A stretch of 64,000 nt of DNA, from the NCBI GenBank assembly GCA_001800745.1, contig MGVZ01000040.1, positions 1,875 through 65,874 on the forward strand, given 5' to 3'. The notes beneath the pieces are model-generated. The model was not told the DNA's origin and did no database searches. It saw only the letters and a program-made list of their open reading frames with translations. Below, one piece after another: positions 33,795 through 42,203 of the stretch (position 1 is the stretch's first letter; every line of letters starts with the position of its first letter). This stretch comes from Euryarchaeota archaeon RBG_16_67_27 (GTDB lineage Archaea; Thermoplasmatota; Thermoplasmata; RBG-16-68-12). Made by a program: the position numbers and the translations under genes.

Positions 33795-35270
33795 ATGGCG
33801 AACGGAGACATCCAGGGACTCATCATCCTGGTAATCATCATTGGAGTGGCAGCGGCAATCATGATCGCGGCGAGCCGGTACAAGAAAGTCCCACCGAACA
33901 TGGCGATGGTCGTCTATGGGAAGCGGCAGAGGGGGACCGGCGGGCGCGGATACCGGGTGATCTCGGGCGGGGCGAAGGTGATCGTGCCGATCGTCGAATC
34001 GATCGAGTGGCTCAAGCTCGACGTCCGCACCCTCGACCTGATCGTGAACGACATCGTGACGGACGTGAAGCGGTCCGGGGCGAAGATCAACATCAAGGCC
34101 GTCGCCCAGGTGAAGGTCTCCTCGGACGAGGCGACAATGAACACCGCCGCCGAGAACCTCCTCGGGAAGGCGGACCAGGAAGTCAACGAAATCGCCCTGA
34201 AGACCCTCGAGGGTCACGTCCGTGGGGTCTGCGCCACGCTCACCGTCGAGGAGGTGAACTCGGACCGGGACGCGATCGCGTCGAAGATCCTCGGCATGGC
34301 GGGGAACGACCTCCGGAACATGGGCATCGAGATCCGGTCCTTCGTCATCAAGGAGATCGAGGACGCGATGGGCTACCTGAACGCCCTCGGCGTGAAGCGG
34401 ACGGAGGAGGTCAAGCGGGACGCCCGCGTGGGCAAGGCGAACGCGAACCGCGAGGCGACGATCGCGGAGGCCCTGGCTGCGCAGCAGGCGGAGAAGGCGA
34501 ACGCGGAGGCGGAGGCGAACGTGGCCCAGTATCACCGGGATCGCGACGTCATCAAGCAGCAGTCGGAAACCACGGTCGAACTCGAGCGAGCGAACAAGGA
34601 GATCGCGTTCCAGCTCCAGACCGCGAAGCGGAACCAGGAGCTGATCGTCGAGCAGAGGAAGATCGACATCCGCGCGAAGGAGCAGGAGGTCCTCGTCCAG
34701 CAGCAGGAGGTACGCCGGCGGGAGCAGGAGCAGATCGCCGCGCAGGTCGTGCCCGCGAAGATGGGAGCGGACGCCATGGCCGCCATCGCGGACGGCGAGA
34801 AGCGGAAGATCGTGATCACGGCAGAGGGTGAGAAGGAGCGGGCGATCCTCATCGCGGAGGGCGAGCGCGAGCGGCTCGCGCGGACGGCCGCGGGCGAGGC
34901 GGAACGGATCCGCCAGGAAGGCACCGCGGAGGCGGACATCATCCGGCTGAAGGGCGAGGCGGAGGCCTACGCGATCAGAGCAAGAGGGCTCGCGGAGGCC
35001 GAGGCGATGGCGAAGAAGGCGGCGGCGTGGGAGCAGTACGGGAAGGCCGCGGTCACGCAGCTGATCGTGGAGAAGCTCCCGGAGATCGTCGCGAACGCCG
35101 CGAAGTCCCTCGAGACGACCCAGAAGCTCATCATCATGGGCGAGAGGGGGCCGTCTCAGCTCGTCAGCAGCGTCGTGGACATCGCCGCGACGGCACCGGC
35201 GCTCGTGAAGGCGTTGACGGGCATGGACCTGTCCGAGCTCGCGGGCAAGCTCAAGGACATCACGAAGTGA
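33795..35270 (+). CDS. flotillin-like SPFH/band-7 protein
   Basis: From ORF 33534..35270; ATG 33795 is preceded by TAGGAGGTGG. It has an N-terminal anchor helix, an SPFH domain and a long Ala/Glu-rich coiled-coil (EAEANVAQ..., AEGEKERAILIAEGERERLA...) as in FloT/flotillins. Confidence 0.9.
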   Translation: MANGDIQGLIILVIIIGVAAAIMIAASRYKKVPPNMAMVVYGKRQRGTGGRGYRVISGGAKVIVPIVESIEWLKLDVRTLDLIVNDIVTDVKRSGAKINIKAVAQVKVSSDEATMNTAAENLLGKADQEVNEIALKTLEGHVRGVCATLTVEEVNSDRDAIASKILGMAGNDLRNMGIEIRSFVIKEIEDAMGYLNALGVKRTEEVKRDARVGKANANREATIAEALAAQQAEKANAEAEANVAQYHRDRDVIKQQSETTVELERANKEIAFQLQTAKRNQELIVEQRKIDIRAKEQEVLVQQQEVRRREQEQIAAQVVPAKMGADAMAAIADGEKRKIVITAEGEKERAILIAEGERERLARTAAGEAERIRQEGTAEADIIRLKGEAEAYAIRARGLAEAEAMAKKAAAWEQYGKAAVTQLIVEKLPEIVANAAKSLETTQKLIIMGERGPSQLVSSVVDIAATAPALVKALTGMDLSELAGKLKDITK

Positions 35271-35274
35271 CGCC

Positions 35275-35439
35275 GTGGCGGAGCCCAGGGTCGGGTGGTC
35301 TCTCGGCAAGGCCCCCGACCTCATCATCGAGGTGTGGTCCACGACGGCGCTCATCGAGGCCGTGATCACGGCCCTCCTCGAGGAGCCGGAGAAACTCGCC
35401 CTCGCGTTGGAAGCCCTGAGGGCGTCGAAGCCATCGTGA
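35275..35439 (+). CDS. small hypothetical protein (54 aa), not in the supplied ORF track
   Basis: GTG 35275 lies 4 nt after the flotillin stop; TGA is at 35437-35439. It translates to MAEPRVGWSLGKAPDLIIEVWSTTALIEAVITALLEEPEKLALALEALRASKPS. 50 of 54 codons end in G/C (hand count), matching the strong GC3 bias of real genes here. Confidence 0.4.
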   Translation: MAEPRVGWSLGKAPDLIIEVWSTTALIEAVITALLEEPEKLALALEALRASKPS

Positions 35440-35474
35440 CCGTCCAGAGGACAGCGGTCCGCGCACCTCGCGCC

Positions 35475-35711
35475 CTAGAGGTTCATCACGACGACGTCTT
35501 TCACGGCCCGCATGCCCTGGAATGGCAGCACGAGCCGGCCCGCGGGATCGACCTTGAAGCCCTTCGGCGCGACGTTCTCTGCCGGCATCACGAGGACGTC
35601 GGAAAGCTTCCCGTTCTTCGTGTCGATCATGAAGTTGTCGATCGTCCCCAGGATCTGACCGTCGTTCGTCATCACGGTCTTGCCGCGGAGTTCCGTGGCG
35701 AACTTCTTCAT
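35475..35711 (-). CDS. PRC-barrel domain protein
   Basis: From ORF 35475..35756; ATG 35711 is preceded by GGTGATGGG. MKKFATELRGKTVMTNDGQILGTIDNFMIDTKNGKLSDVLV matches the PRC-barrel pattern. Confidence 0.8.
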   Translation of the reverse strand: MKKFATELRGKTVMTNDGQILGTIDNFMIDTKNGKLSDVLVMPAENVAPKGFKVDPAGRLVLPFQGMRAVKDVVVMNL

Positions 35712-35831
35712 CCCATCACCCGACTCGGTGAGGGCCCCGACGCGGCTCCGCCGCAACGGGATCCCATCCCCTTCGTCCGACAGACATCTGACGCATTCTA
35801 TTTGAAGGTTCCGTGCCCGACGCCCCGCGGA

Positions 35832-36497
35832 TCAGGTCCCAGGACGCCAGGCCTGAGGGCGCGAGGGACCGAGCGTTCGGACCGCCCGGAGGTAGGGGAG
35901 CGCGCTGCCGAGCGTCCCGGCGAGCGCCGCAAGGAGGAGGAGCCACCATCCGAGCCCCGCTCCCCACGTGAACGTCGCTCCCGGGGCCGCGGCCGTGCCC
36001 CAGAAGCCCCCGCCGACGGGATCGGGGTCCGTGTCCGCCGCGAGGCCGCCCGGTAGGACGAGGACGGGGTACAGGAGGGCGAGGAATCCGACGGCCACGA
36101 CGAGGATACAAACGAGGAGCTTCGCGAGGGGGCCGATCGTCGTCATCCGAGGCATCGCGAGGATGACGATGACCGCGACGAGGACGATGAGGAAGATGAG
36201 GGCGAGGACGTACGTTGCGGAGACCGTGGAGGCGATGAACGGATAGGGGTAGCCGACGCGCGAATATGATTCGATCACAGTCCGCTCCCACACGTCGTTA
36301 TCGAACTCCTCCGTCGTCTCCGTCGTCCACCCGAAGATGTGAGCGTCCCGCGATCCGTCGCGGAGTTCTGTGAATGACCACACCGGGAGCGCTAGGGCGA
36401 GGAGAGAGAGGACGATCGCGAGGCCCAAGGCGAGCCTCGACACCCCGATGCGTGTCACCTGACCGGTCAGTCGCTTGAGAGAGTCGGTGGGGCGCAT
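35832..36497 (-). CDS. hypothetical integral membrane protein
   Basis: From ORF 35832..36596; ATG 36497. It has about 4 hydrophobic helices (LALGLAIVLSLLALALPVW; YVLALIFLIVLVAVIVILAM; LLVCILVVAVGFLALLYPVLVL; LGWWLLLLAALAGTLG). No family recognised. Confidence 0.55.
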   Translation of the reverse strand: MRPTDSLKRLTGQVTRIGVSRLALGLAIVLSLLALALPVWSFTELRDGSRDAHIFGWTTETTEEFDNDVWERTVIESYSRVGYPYPFIASTVSATYVLALIFLIVLVAVIVILAMPRMTTIGPLAKLLVCILVVAVGFLALLYPVLVLPGGLAADTDPDPVGGGFWGTAAAPGATFTWGAGLGWWLLLLAALAGTLGSALPYLRAVRTLGPSRPQAWRPGT

Positions 36498-36588
36498 GGG
36501 GACGACAATGGACGGCGCGGATAAAAAGGGACCGCCTGGCCAGAAGAACTTTGAAGTGCATGTGCGGTCCCGACGCGGGTGGCGCCGG

Positions 36589-38187
36589 ATGGGCAACGCG
36601 GATCTCCTCGTGACGAACGCGAAAATCTACACGGCAAGGCCAACGGACCCGTGGGCGGAAGCGATCGCATGCACAGACGGCCGCATCGTCGCGATCGGGG
36701 CCACGCGGGACACGGAACGATCCGCGGGGCCGAAGACGAAACGGCTCGACGCTCACGGACGTCTCATCCTCCCTGGGTTCATCGACGCGCACACACACCT
36801 CATCTGGGGGTTCGAGCTCGGGACGTGGATCGACCTCACAGACTGGCCGTCCCTGGGAGAGGTCCAAGAGCGAGTCGCCCGGTACGCAAGGGAGCACCCC
36901 GACGACGCAATCCTCATCGGGCATGGGTTCGACTATGAGGCGCTCCAAGCGGGGAGCATGCCCGGAAAGGAGGCCCTCGACGCGACCGTCTCGGATCGTC
37001 CCGTACTGCTCACGTCCTGGGACGGCCACACCGGGTGGGCGAACAGCCGCTTCATCCGGATCGCCCAGCGGATCGCCGCGGAGCGCGGGCGGGACGTCGG
37101 AGAGATGCAGCTCGACCCCGCAACCTCGGAGCCTACGGGCGTTTTCACGCGGACGTTCGACCTGACCCCCCTCGTGCCGGAAGTCCAGGCCCGTCGGTCC
37201 TTGGATGGCCTCCGGAGGACCGTCTCCGAGGCCTCCCGGTGCGGGATCACCACCGCGTTCGACGTCCAGGTGAACCGGGAAGACGTGCACGCCTACGCCG
37301 ACCTCCGCGCGCGGGGCGAACTCACCGTGCGCATGCGGATCGCGCTCTACCACCCCGAGGCGACGGACCCGTCCGCGTACGCCGGGTTCGAGGCATCGAA
37401 GGCGGGGTTCCAGGACGACTGGATCCAGGTCGGCGCTGTGAAACTCTACATCGATGGCGTCGCGGAGACGGGGACCGCCGCGCTCCTCGATCCGTACACC
37501 CGGGATCCGAGCGCACGCGGACCTGCGCTCTACACTTTCGAACGCTTCCGAGAGATCGTCGCGGAGTTCGACCGACGAGGCTTCCAGATCTGCACGCACG
37601 CGTGCGGAGACCGGGGTGCGCGCCTCGCCCTCGACGCGTACGAGGCGGCGGCGCGAGCGAACGAGACCTCGGGCCGACGCCACAGGATCGAGCACTGCGA
37701 GCTCCTCGCCCCGTCGGACCTGCCCCGGTTCGCACAGCTCGACGTGATCCCGTGCATGATGCCGCGGCACTCCGCCCCGGAGCTCACGGCTCGATGGCGC
37801 GACGCCGTTGGCCCGGATCGGGCGGACGCGGGGTTCCCCTGGCGCGAGCTCCGCGACGCGGGTGCGAGCCTGGCCTTCGCGAGCGACTGGCCCGTGGCCC
37901 CGATGGACCCCCTCCTCGGTATCCGGGAGGCGACGGGACGGCTTTCCCTTCGAGGAGGACCGTCCGGGCATCGGATCACGATGCAGGAGGCCGTGGACGC
38001 GTACACCCGCCAGGCCGCATACGCGTGCCATGCGGAGTCCACGCGGGGGACCCTCGTCGTGGGCAAGTACGCGGACTTCATCGTCCTCTCGGACGATATC
38101 TTCACGATCCGAGAGAATCGCCTCGCATCCGCACGTGTCATCGGGACGTACGTCGCGGGACGGAGCGTGTACTCGGAGGCGGGTTGA
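36589..38187 (+). CDS. amidohydrolase-family metal-dependent hydrolase (YtcJ/Amidohydro_3-like)
   Basis: From ORF 36475..38187; ATG 36589. ..ILPGFIDAHTHLIWG.. is the HxH metal site, with a later HACGD, a HRIEHCEL and a C-terminal SDWPVAP pattern. Confidence 0.85.
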   Translation: MGNADLLVTNAKIYTARPTDPWAEAIACTDGRIVAIGATRDTERSAGPKTKRLDAHGRLILPGFIDAHTHLIWGFELGTWIDLTDWPSLGEVQERVARYAREHPDDAILIGHGFDYEALQAGSMPGKEALDATVSDRPVLLTSWDGHTGWANSRFIRIAQRIAAERGRDVGEMQLDPATSEPTGVFTRTFDLTPLVPEVQARRSLDGLRRTVSEASRCGITTAFDVQVNREDVHAYADLRARGELTVRMRIALYHPEATDPSAYAGFEASKAGFQDDWIQVGAVKLYIDGVAETGTAALLDPYTRDPSARGPALYTFERFREIVAEFDRRGFQICTHACGDRGARLALDAYEAAARANETSGRRHRIEHCELLAPSDLPRFAQLDVIPCMMPRHSAPELTARWRDAVGPDRADAGFPWRELRDAGASLAFASDWPVAPMDPLLGIREATGRLSLRGGPSGHRITMQEAVDAYTRQAAYACHAESTRGTLVVGKYADFIVLSDDIFTIRENRLASARVIGTYVAGRSVYSEAG

Positions 38188-38196
38188 GGAAGCAGA

Positions 38197-40428
38197 CTAG
38201 CGGAGGTACGAGAGCTCCTCTTCCCGGCGACGCCGGACGACGCCTCGCTCGAGGCGCTTCGCGATCTCCTCGTAGAACTTCACCGTATCCTCGTCCAGAC
38301 TCGGGCCGACGGACTTCGCGGCCTCCTGGAAGTGCGCCATCGTCACCTTCCGGGCCTTCTTGCTCTCCCTCAGGGCGATCATCGCAGCCTCCCGGCACAG
38401 CCCTTCGATGTCCGCACCCGTGTACCCGTCCAGCTCGACCGCGAGCTCCTCGAGGTCAACGCCTTCGAGGGGCATCTCTTTCGTATGGACCTTGAGGATC
38501 TCAAGGCGCGCAGCCTTGTCCGGCGCCGGCACGAGCAGGATCCGGTCGAATCGACCCGACCGGAGGAGCGCGGGATCGATCATGTCGGGGCGGTTCGTCG
38601 CCCCGATGATCACGACACCCTCGAGGGTCTCCAGGCCATCCATCGACGTGAGGAGCTGGTTCACGACTCGCTCGCTCACGCCGCTGTCGTTGTCGGTTCC
38701 GCGGCGGTGTGCGATCGCGTCGAGTTCGTCGAGGAAGACGATGCAGGGCGCGACCTGCTTCGCCTTCTTGAAGATCATGCGGACGGCCTTCTCCGACTCT
38801 CCAACCCACTTCGACATGACCTCGGGTCCCTTGATCGAGATGAAGTTTGCCTCGGACTCCGTGGCCACGGCCTTTGCGAGGAGGGTCTTTCCGGAGCCCG
38901 GCGGGCCCGAGAGCATCACGCCCCGCGGCGGGCGGATGCCCATCCGCTTGAACGCCTCGGGCTCCTTCAGGGGCATCTCGACGGCCTCGCGGAGCTTCAG
39001 CTTGATGTCCTCGAGCCCCCCGACGTCGGCCCACCGGATCCGCGGAATCTCGACGAGGACCTCGCGCATCGCACTGGGCTCGACCTCCTTGAGCGCGTTC
39101 TTGAAGTCCTCCGGGGTGACGCGCATTTTCTCCAAGGTCTCCGCAGGGATCGGCTTCTCGAGGTCGAGATCCGGCAGGTATCGGCGAAGGGCCTTCATCG
39201 CGGACTCCCGGGCGAGCGCGGCGAGGTCCGCGCCGACGAAGCCGTGCGTGACGTCGGAGAGCTCGGAGAGCAGCTGGTCCCGCTCCTCCTCGACGCCTTC
39301 GATCGGCATTCCGCGCGTGTGAATCTGGAGGACCTCCTTGCGGCCGTCGCGGTCCGGGACCCCGATTTCGATCTCCCGGTCAAAACGGCCCGGCCGGCGG
39401 AGCGCGGGGTCAATCGCCTCGTCGCGGTTCGTCGCGCCGATCACGATGACCTGCCCGCGGCCCGACAGCCCGTCCATGAGGGTGAGGAGCTGCGCGACGA
39501 CGCGCCGCTCGACTTCTCCCGTGACCTCCTCGCGCTTCGGAGCGATCGAATCGAGCTCGTCGATGAACAACACGGACGGCGCGTTCTTCTGAGCCTCCTC
39601 GAAACGCTCCCGGAGCCGTTCCTCGCTCTGTCCGTAGTACTTCGACATGATCTCCGGGCCCTGGATCGAGTAGAAGTTCGCGCCGGCCTCGGTCGCGACC
39701 GCCTTCGCGATGAGCGTCTTCCCCGTCCCCGGTGGCCCGTAGAGCAGGACTCCCTTCGGAGGATCGATCCCGAGGCGTTCGAACAGCTCCGCGTGCTTCA
39801 GGGGGAGCTCGATCATCTCACGGACCTTCATGAGCTCCTCCTTGAGGCCTCCGATGTCCTCGTACGTGACCGTCGGCGTGAGGACCTCGCCCTCGCGGAC
39901 CGGTTCCTCCTTCATCTCGATGATCGTGTCGTCGTGGATCTGCACGATCCCTTTCGGCTGGGTCTTGATCACCATGAACGGGAGCGCGCCTCCCATGAGC
40001 GCGATGCCGGGTACGATGACGACGTCTCCCTTGCTCACAGGCCGCTTCAGGAGGCCCCGCTTGACGAAGTTCTCGATGCCCTGACCGAACGAGATCTTGT
40101 GGCCCTCGCTGATGATCGGCGCGATCGTGACGCGCTCGCCCTGGAACACCTCGGCCTTGCGGACCTCGACTTTGTCGCCGAGGCTCACGCCGACGTTCCG
40201 CCGGACGAGCCCGTCGATCCGGATGATCCCTTTCCCCTCGTCCTCCTGCATCACCCGGAACAGCTTCGCGGCTGTGGACTTCTTCCCGACAATCTCGATG
40301 ATCTCACCGACGTCCACGCCGAGCGCGACGCGGGTTTTCGTGTCGACACGGGCGCGGCCAAGCCCGACGTCCGATTGGGGAGCCTCGGCCACCTTCAGCT
40401 GGACCTTCTCCGGCACGAGCGGTTCCAA
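38197..40428 (-). CDS. cdc48: Cdc48/VCP-like AAA+ ATPase
   Basis: 743 aa with an N-domain (..GRARVD..GD.VE..G) and two AAA modules. It has Walker A GPPGTGKT and GPPGSGKT, Walker B FIDELD / FLDELD and second-region-of-homology motifs. The start is TTG 40428 or GTG 40416 (the latter is about 26 nt from a TTGATATG-like box). Confidence 0.95.
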   Translation of the reverse strand: MEPLVPEKVQLKVAEAPQSDVGLGRARVDTKTRVALGVDVGEIIEIVGKKSTAAKLFRVMQEDEGKGIIRIDGLVRRNVGVSLGDKVEVRKAEVFQGERVTIAPIISEGHKISFGQGIENFVKRGLLKRPVSKGDVVIVPGIALMGGALPFMVIKTQPKGIVQIHDDTIIEMKEEPVREGEVLTPTVTYEDIGGLKEELMKVREMIELPLKHAELFERLGIDPPKGVLLYGPPGTGKTLIAKAVATEAGANFYSIQGPEIMSKYYGQSEERLRERFEEAQKNAPSVLFIDELDSIAPKREEVTGEVERRVVAQLLTLMDGLSGRGQVIVIGATNRDEAIDPALRRPGRFDREIEIGVPDRDGRKEVLQIHTRGMPIEGVEEERDQLLSELSDVTHGFVGADLAALARESAMKALRRYLPDLDLEKPIPAETLEKMRVTPEDFKNALKEVEPSAMREVLVEIPRIRWADVGGLEDIKLKLREAVEMPLKEPEAFKRMGIRPPRGVMLSGPPGSGKTLLAKAVATESEANFISIKGPEVMSKWVGESEKAVRMIFKKAKQVAPCIVFLDELDAIAHRRGTDNDSGVSERVVNQLLTSMDGLETLEGVVIIGATNRPDMIDPALLRSGRFDRILLVPAPDKAARLEILKVHTKEMPLEGVDLEELAVELDGYTGADIEGLCREAAMIALRESKKARKVTMAHFQEAAKSVGPSLDEDTVKFYEEIAKRLERGVVRRRREEELSYLR

Positions 40429-40493
40429 AGGTTCGGGCTCATATCAACTTTGCGGACCGGAAATCGAACGCCTCGGGGTCCGTTGCGTTCGCC

Positions 40494-41402
40494 TCACGAG
40501 GGGGGGACCTTCCGTTCCTGTACCTCGCTCGACTCGTGCACGACGAGCTCACGAGCCTCCACGGTCCGGATCCGGCAGTGGGGCCCCACCCGCACCTCGT
40601 TCCCGCGAACGAGATTCGCCTCCGTCCCCTCGAGGTAGACCTCGTCGGACTCGATCGTCTCCACGGTGAGCTCCCCTCGGGGTCGGAGGAACCCCCCCGT
40701 CCCCTTCACCTGGATCTCCTGGGCGCGGATCGACTTGACGTACGAGGTTCCGCCGAGTTCGATGAGGACCTCGTCGGCCTCGAGCTCGCCCTCGATCCGC
40801 ACGCTCCCGCTCGAGTGGAACTCGTGGACCTTGACCTTGCCACCGACGCGGAGGCTCCCGCTCGTCATGACCTCGTGGGCGTTGACGTCCTTGGCGACCC
40901 GGAGGGAGCCGCTCGACTCGACCTCATGGGCGTCGAGCGAGCCGTTGATCTGTGTGGACCCCGAGGCCCGCAGCTCCGTCACGCGCACGTTTCCCTCGAA
41001 GGCACAAGCCCCCGCGACCTTCGCCTCCACGGCCTCGAGGTCGCCTTGGACCCGTGCGCTCCCCGCGGCCTTGAACTCGCGGGTGCGAACGGGCTGGCCC
41101 GTGACGGTTCCCGCGCCGGCGATCTTGATCACTTCGTCACTGAGCCTGACACCCAGGCCGCTGAAGTCAACCGCCCTGATCGCCTCGCCCGCTGCGCGCA
41201 CGGCCTCGCCCGCGGCCCTCGTCGCATCCTCGGTGACCTGGGCGATGCTCTCTTGGAAGGAGGCGTCCGCGGGCGGCATGGCCTCCTCCGGCTCCTCGGG
41301 CTCCGACTCGTACCGGGCCTTGATGTCGATGTACGTCCCCTCGGAAATCTCGCCGCGCGCGAGGCGCTCCTCGAGTCGCCGCAGGATGTCCTTCCGTCGC
41401 AT
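40494..41402 (-). CDS. polymer-forming cytoskeletal (bactofilin-like beta-helix) protein with N-terminal SHOCT-like motif
   Basis: From ORF 40494..41450; ATG 41402 is preceded by GAGGGGGA. The N-terminus is LRRLEERLARGEISEGTYIDIKARYE, followed by an acidic/Ala-rich linker. Then come more than 8 iterations of a short repeat (..ASGSTQINGSLDAHEVESSGSLRVAKDVNAHEVMTSGSLRVGGKVKVHEFHSSGSVRIEGELEADEV..), typical of DUF583/bactofilin-type beta-helices. Confidence 0.65.
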   Translation of the reverse strand: MRRKDILRRLEERLARGEISEGTYIDIKARYESEPEEPEEAMPPADASFQESIAQVTEDATRAAGEAVRAAGEAIRAVDFSGLGVRLSDEVIKIAGAGTVTGQPVRTREFKAAGSARVQGDLEAVEAKVAGACAFEGNVRVTELRASGSTQINGSLDAHEVESSGSLRVAKDVNAHEVMTSGSLRVGGKVKVHEFHSSGSVRIEGELEADEVLIELGGTSYVKSIRAQEIQVKGTGGFLRPRGELTVETIESDEVYLEGTEANLVRGNEVRVGPHCRIRTVEARELVVHESSEVQERKVPPS

Positions 41403-41428
41403 CGCCGTCGTCCCCCTCGGTCCGGCGT

Positions 41429-41635
41429 CTATCGCAGGGCCTGGACCCAACCTGCCGGGGTAGGAAGGCGCGCGGCGAAATACGTTTCGTTCACCGGGAA
41501 CCGCTGTGCACTCCCTGCCACGACTCGCTCGCGTGTTGCGAATCGCCTCGCCAGGGATCGCGCTGTGTCCGCGAGGGCGCCTTCCGCCTCGTGTGCGACG
41601 ATCTCTGCCATGTTCGCCGACTTGGCCCGGAACAT
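41429..41635 (-). CDS. small hypothetical protein (68 aa), probably leaderless, upstream of the bactofilin-like gene
   Basis: ATG 41633-41635 lies 22 nt downstream of a TATAAATA box (41658-41665, minus strand), so the box centre is at about -26 from the A of ATG. The ORF ends 26 nt before the bactofilin-like start. Composition is helical and Ala/Arg-rich. Confidence 0.4.
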   Translation of the reverse strand: MFRAKSANMAEIVAHEAEGALADTARSLARRFATRERVVAGSAQRFPVNETYFAARLPTPAGWVQALR

Positions 41636-41657
41636 GTAATCGACAATGGGCCCTCGT

Positions 41658-41665
41658 TATTTATA
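41658..41665 (-). promoter_or_regulatory. TATA box (TATAAATA) for a leaderless minus-strand transcript
   Basis: It is one of the few A/T-only octamers seen in this intergenic region, and is positioned at about -26 relative to ATG 41635. Confidence 0.5.
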
Positions 41666-41713
41666 CAAGATTCGCGGATAAAAATAACAACCTCTCCCGA
41701 CTGCGGGACAACG

Positions 41714-41729
41714 TCTCCCTGGAGGGAGA
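41714..41729. promoter_or_regulatory. 7-bp inverted repeat TCTCCCT-gg-AGGGAGA upstream of the wHTH-SHOCT regulator gene
   Basis: Perfectly complementary arms, read directly. It lies 60 nt upstream of ATG 41790 and downstream of the A/T-rich boxes at 41655-41690. Confidence 0.4.
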
Positions 41730-41789
41730 TGTCGTCCGGCGGGAGGAGGAAGAACTTTGATGTAGGGCGTCGCGGGATGCCGCCCCACG

Positions 41790-42203
41790 ATGCCCGAGGC
41801 CCTCGAGCTCGTCCGAATCGCCTCCTCGGAGACCCGACGGCAGATCCTCCGGCTCCTCCAGCAGGGGTTCGACCACCCCGAGGACCTCGCGAAGAAACTC
41901 AAGATTCGTCGGACGTCCGTGGACAAGCAGCTCGTCGAGCTGTTCGACTGGGGCCTTGTGGACCGTGCCGCGATGTTCCCGCCGACGGGGCGGCCGCGGA
42001 TCGTGTATCAGGTGACGCAGCGCGGACGGGACCTCCTCGACGCGCTCGAGCGGGTCGTGAAGGAGTACTCCGCTGCGTTCCGCTCCGATTTCGGACGGGA
42101 ACTCGAGGCGCTCGAGGCGAAGCTCGCGGCGGGCGAGATCGCGGAGGAGATGTACTTCAAGCGACGGAAGGAACTCGAGGCGCGGTACGGCCTAGTCCTC
42201 TGA
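41790..42203 (+). CDS. winged-helix (ArsR/TrmB-like) transcriptional regulator with C-terminal SHOCT-like motif
   Basis: 137 aa; SETRRQILRLLQQGFDHPEDLAKKLKIRRTSVDKQLVELFDWGLV...RIVYQVTQRG forms the wHTH. The C-terminus is LEALEAKLAAGEIAEEMYFKRRKELEARYG. Confidence 0.75.
   Translation: MPEALELVRIASSETRRQILRLLQQGFDHPEDLAKKLKIRRTSVDKQLVELFDWGLVDRAAMFPPTGRPRIVYQVTQRGRDLLDALERVVKEYSAAFRSDFGRELEALEAKLAAGEIAEEMYFKRRKELEARYGLVL

Noticed and set aside
32703-35369. 888-aa minus-strand ORF antisense to the zinc-ribbon/NfeD/flotillin operon
   Set aside because: Same reasoning. The plus-strand genes have a ribosome-binding-like element, TM helices and SPFH motifs. The antisense translation is low-complexity.
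38332-40638. 768-aa plus-strand ORF antisense to cdc48, and similar cases at 46422..48686, 23563..25839, 5050..6723, 7455..9458, 36298..38031 and 10515..12158
   Set aside because: All lie opposite genes with strong family motifs (Walker boxes, thermosome signature, CrtI Rossmann fold, Toprim and others). They show the Arg/Pro/Gly-rich composition typical of out-of-frame or antisense reading of GC-rich coding DNA.
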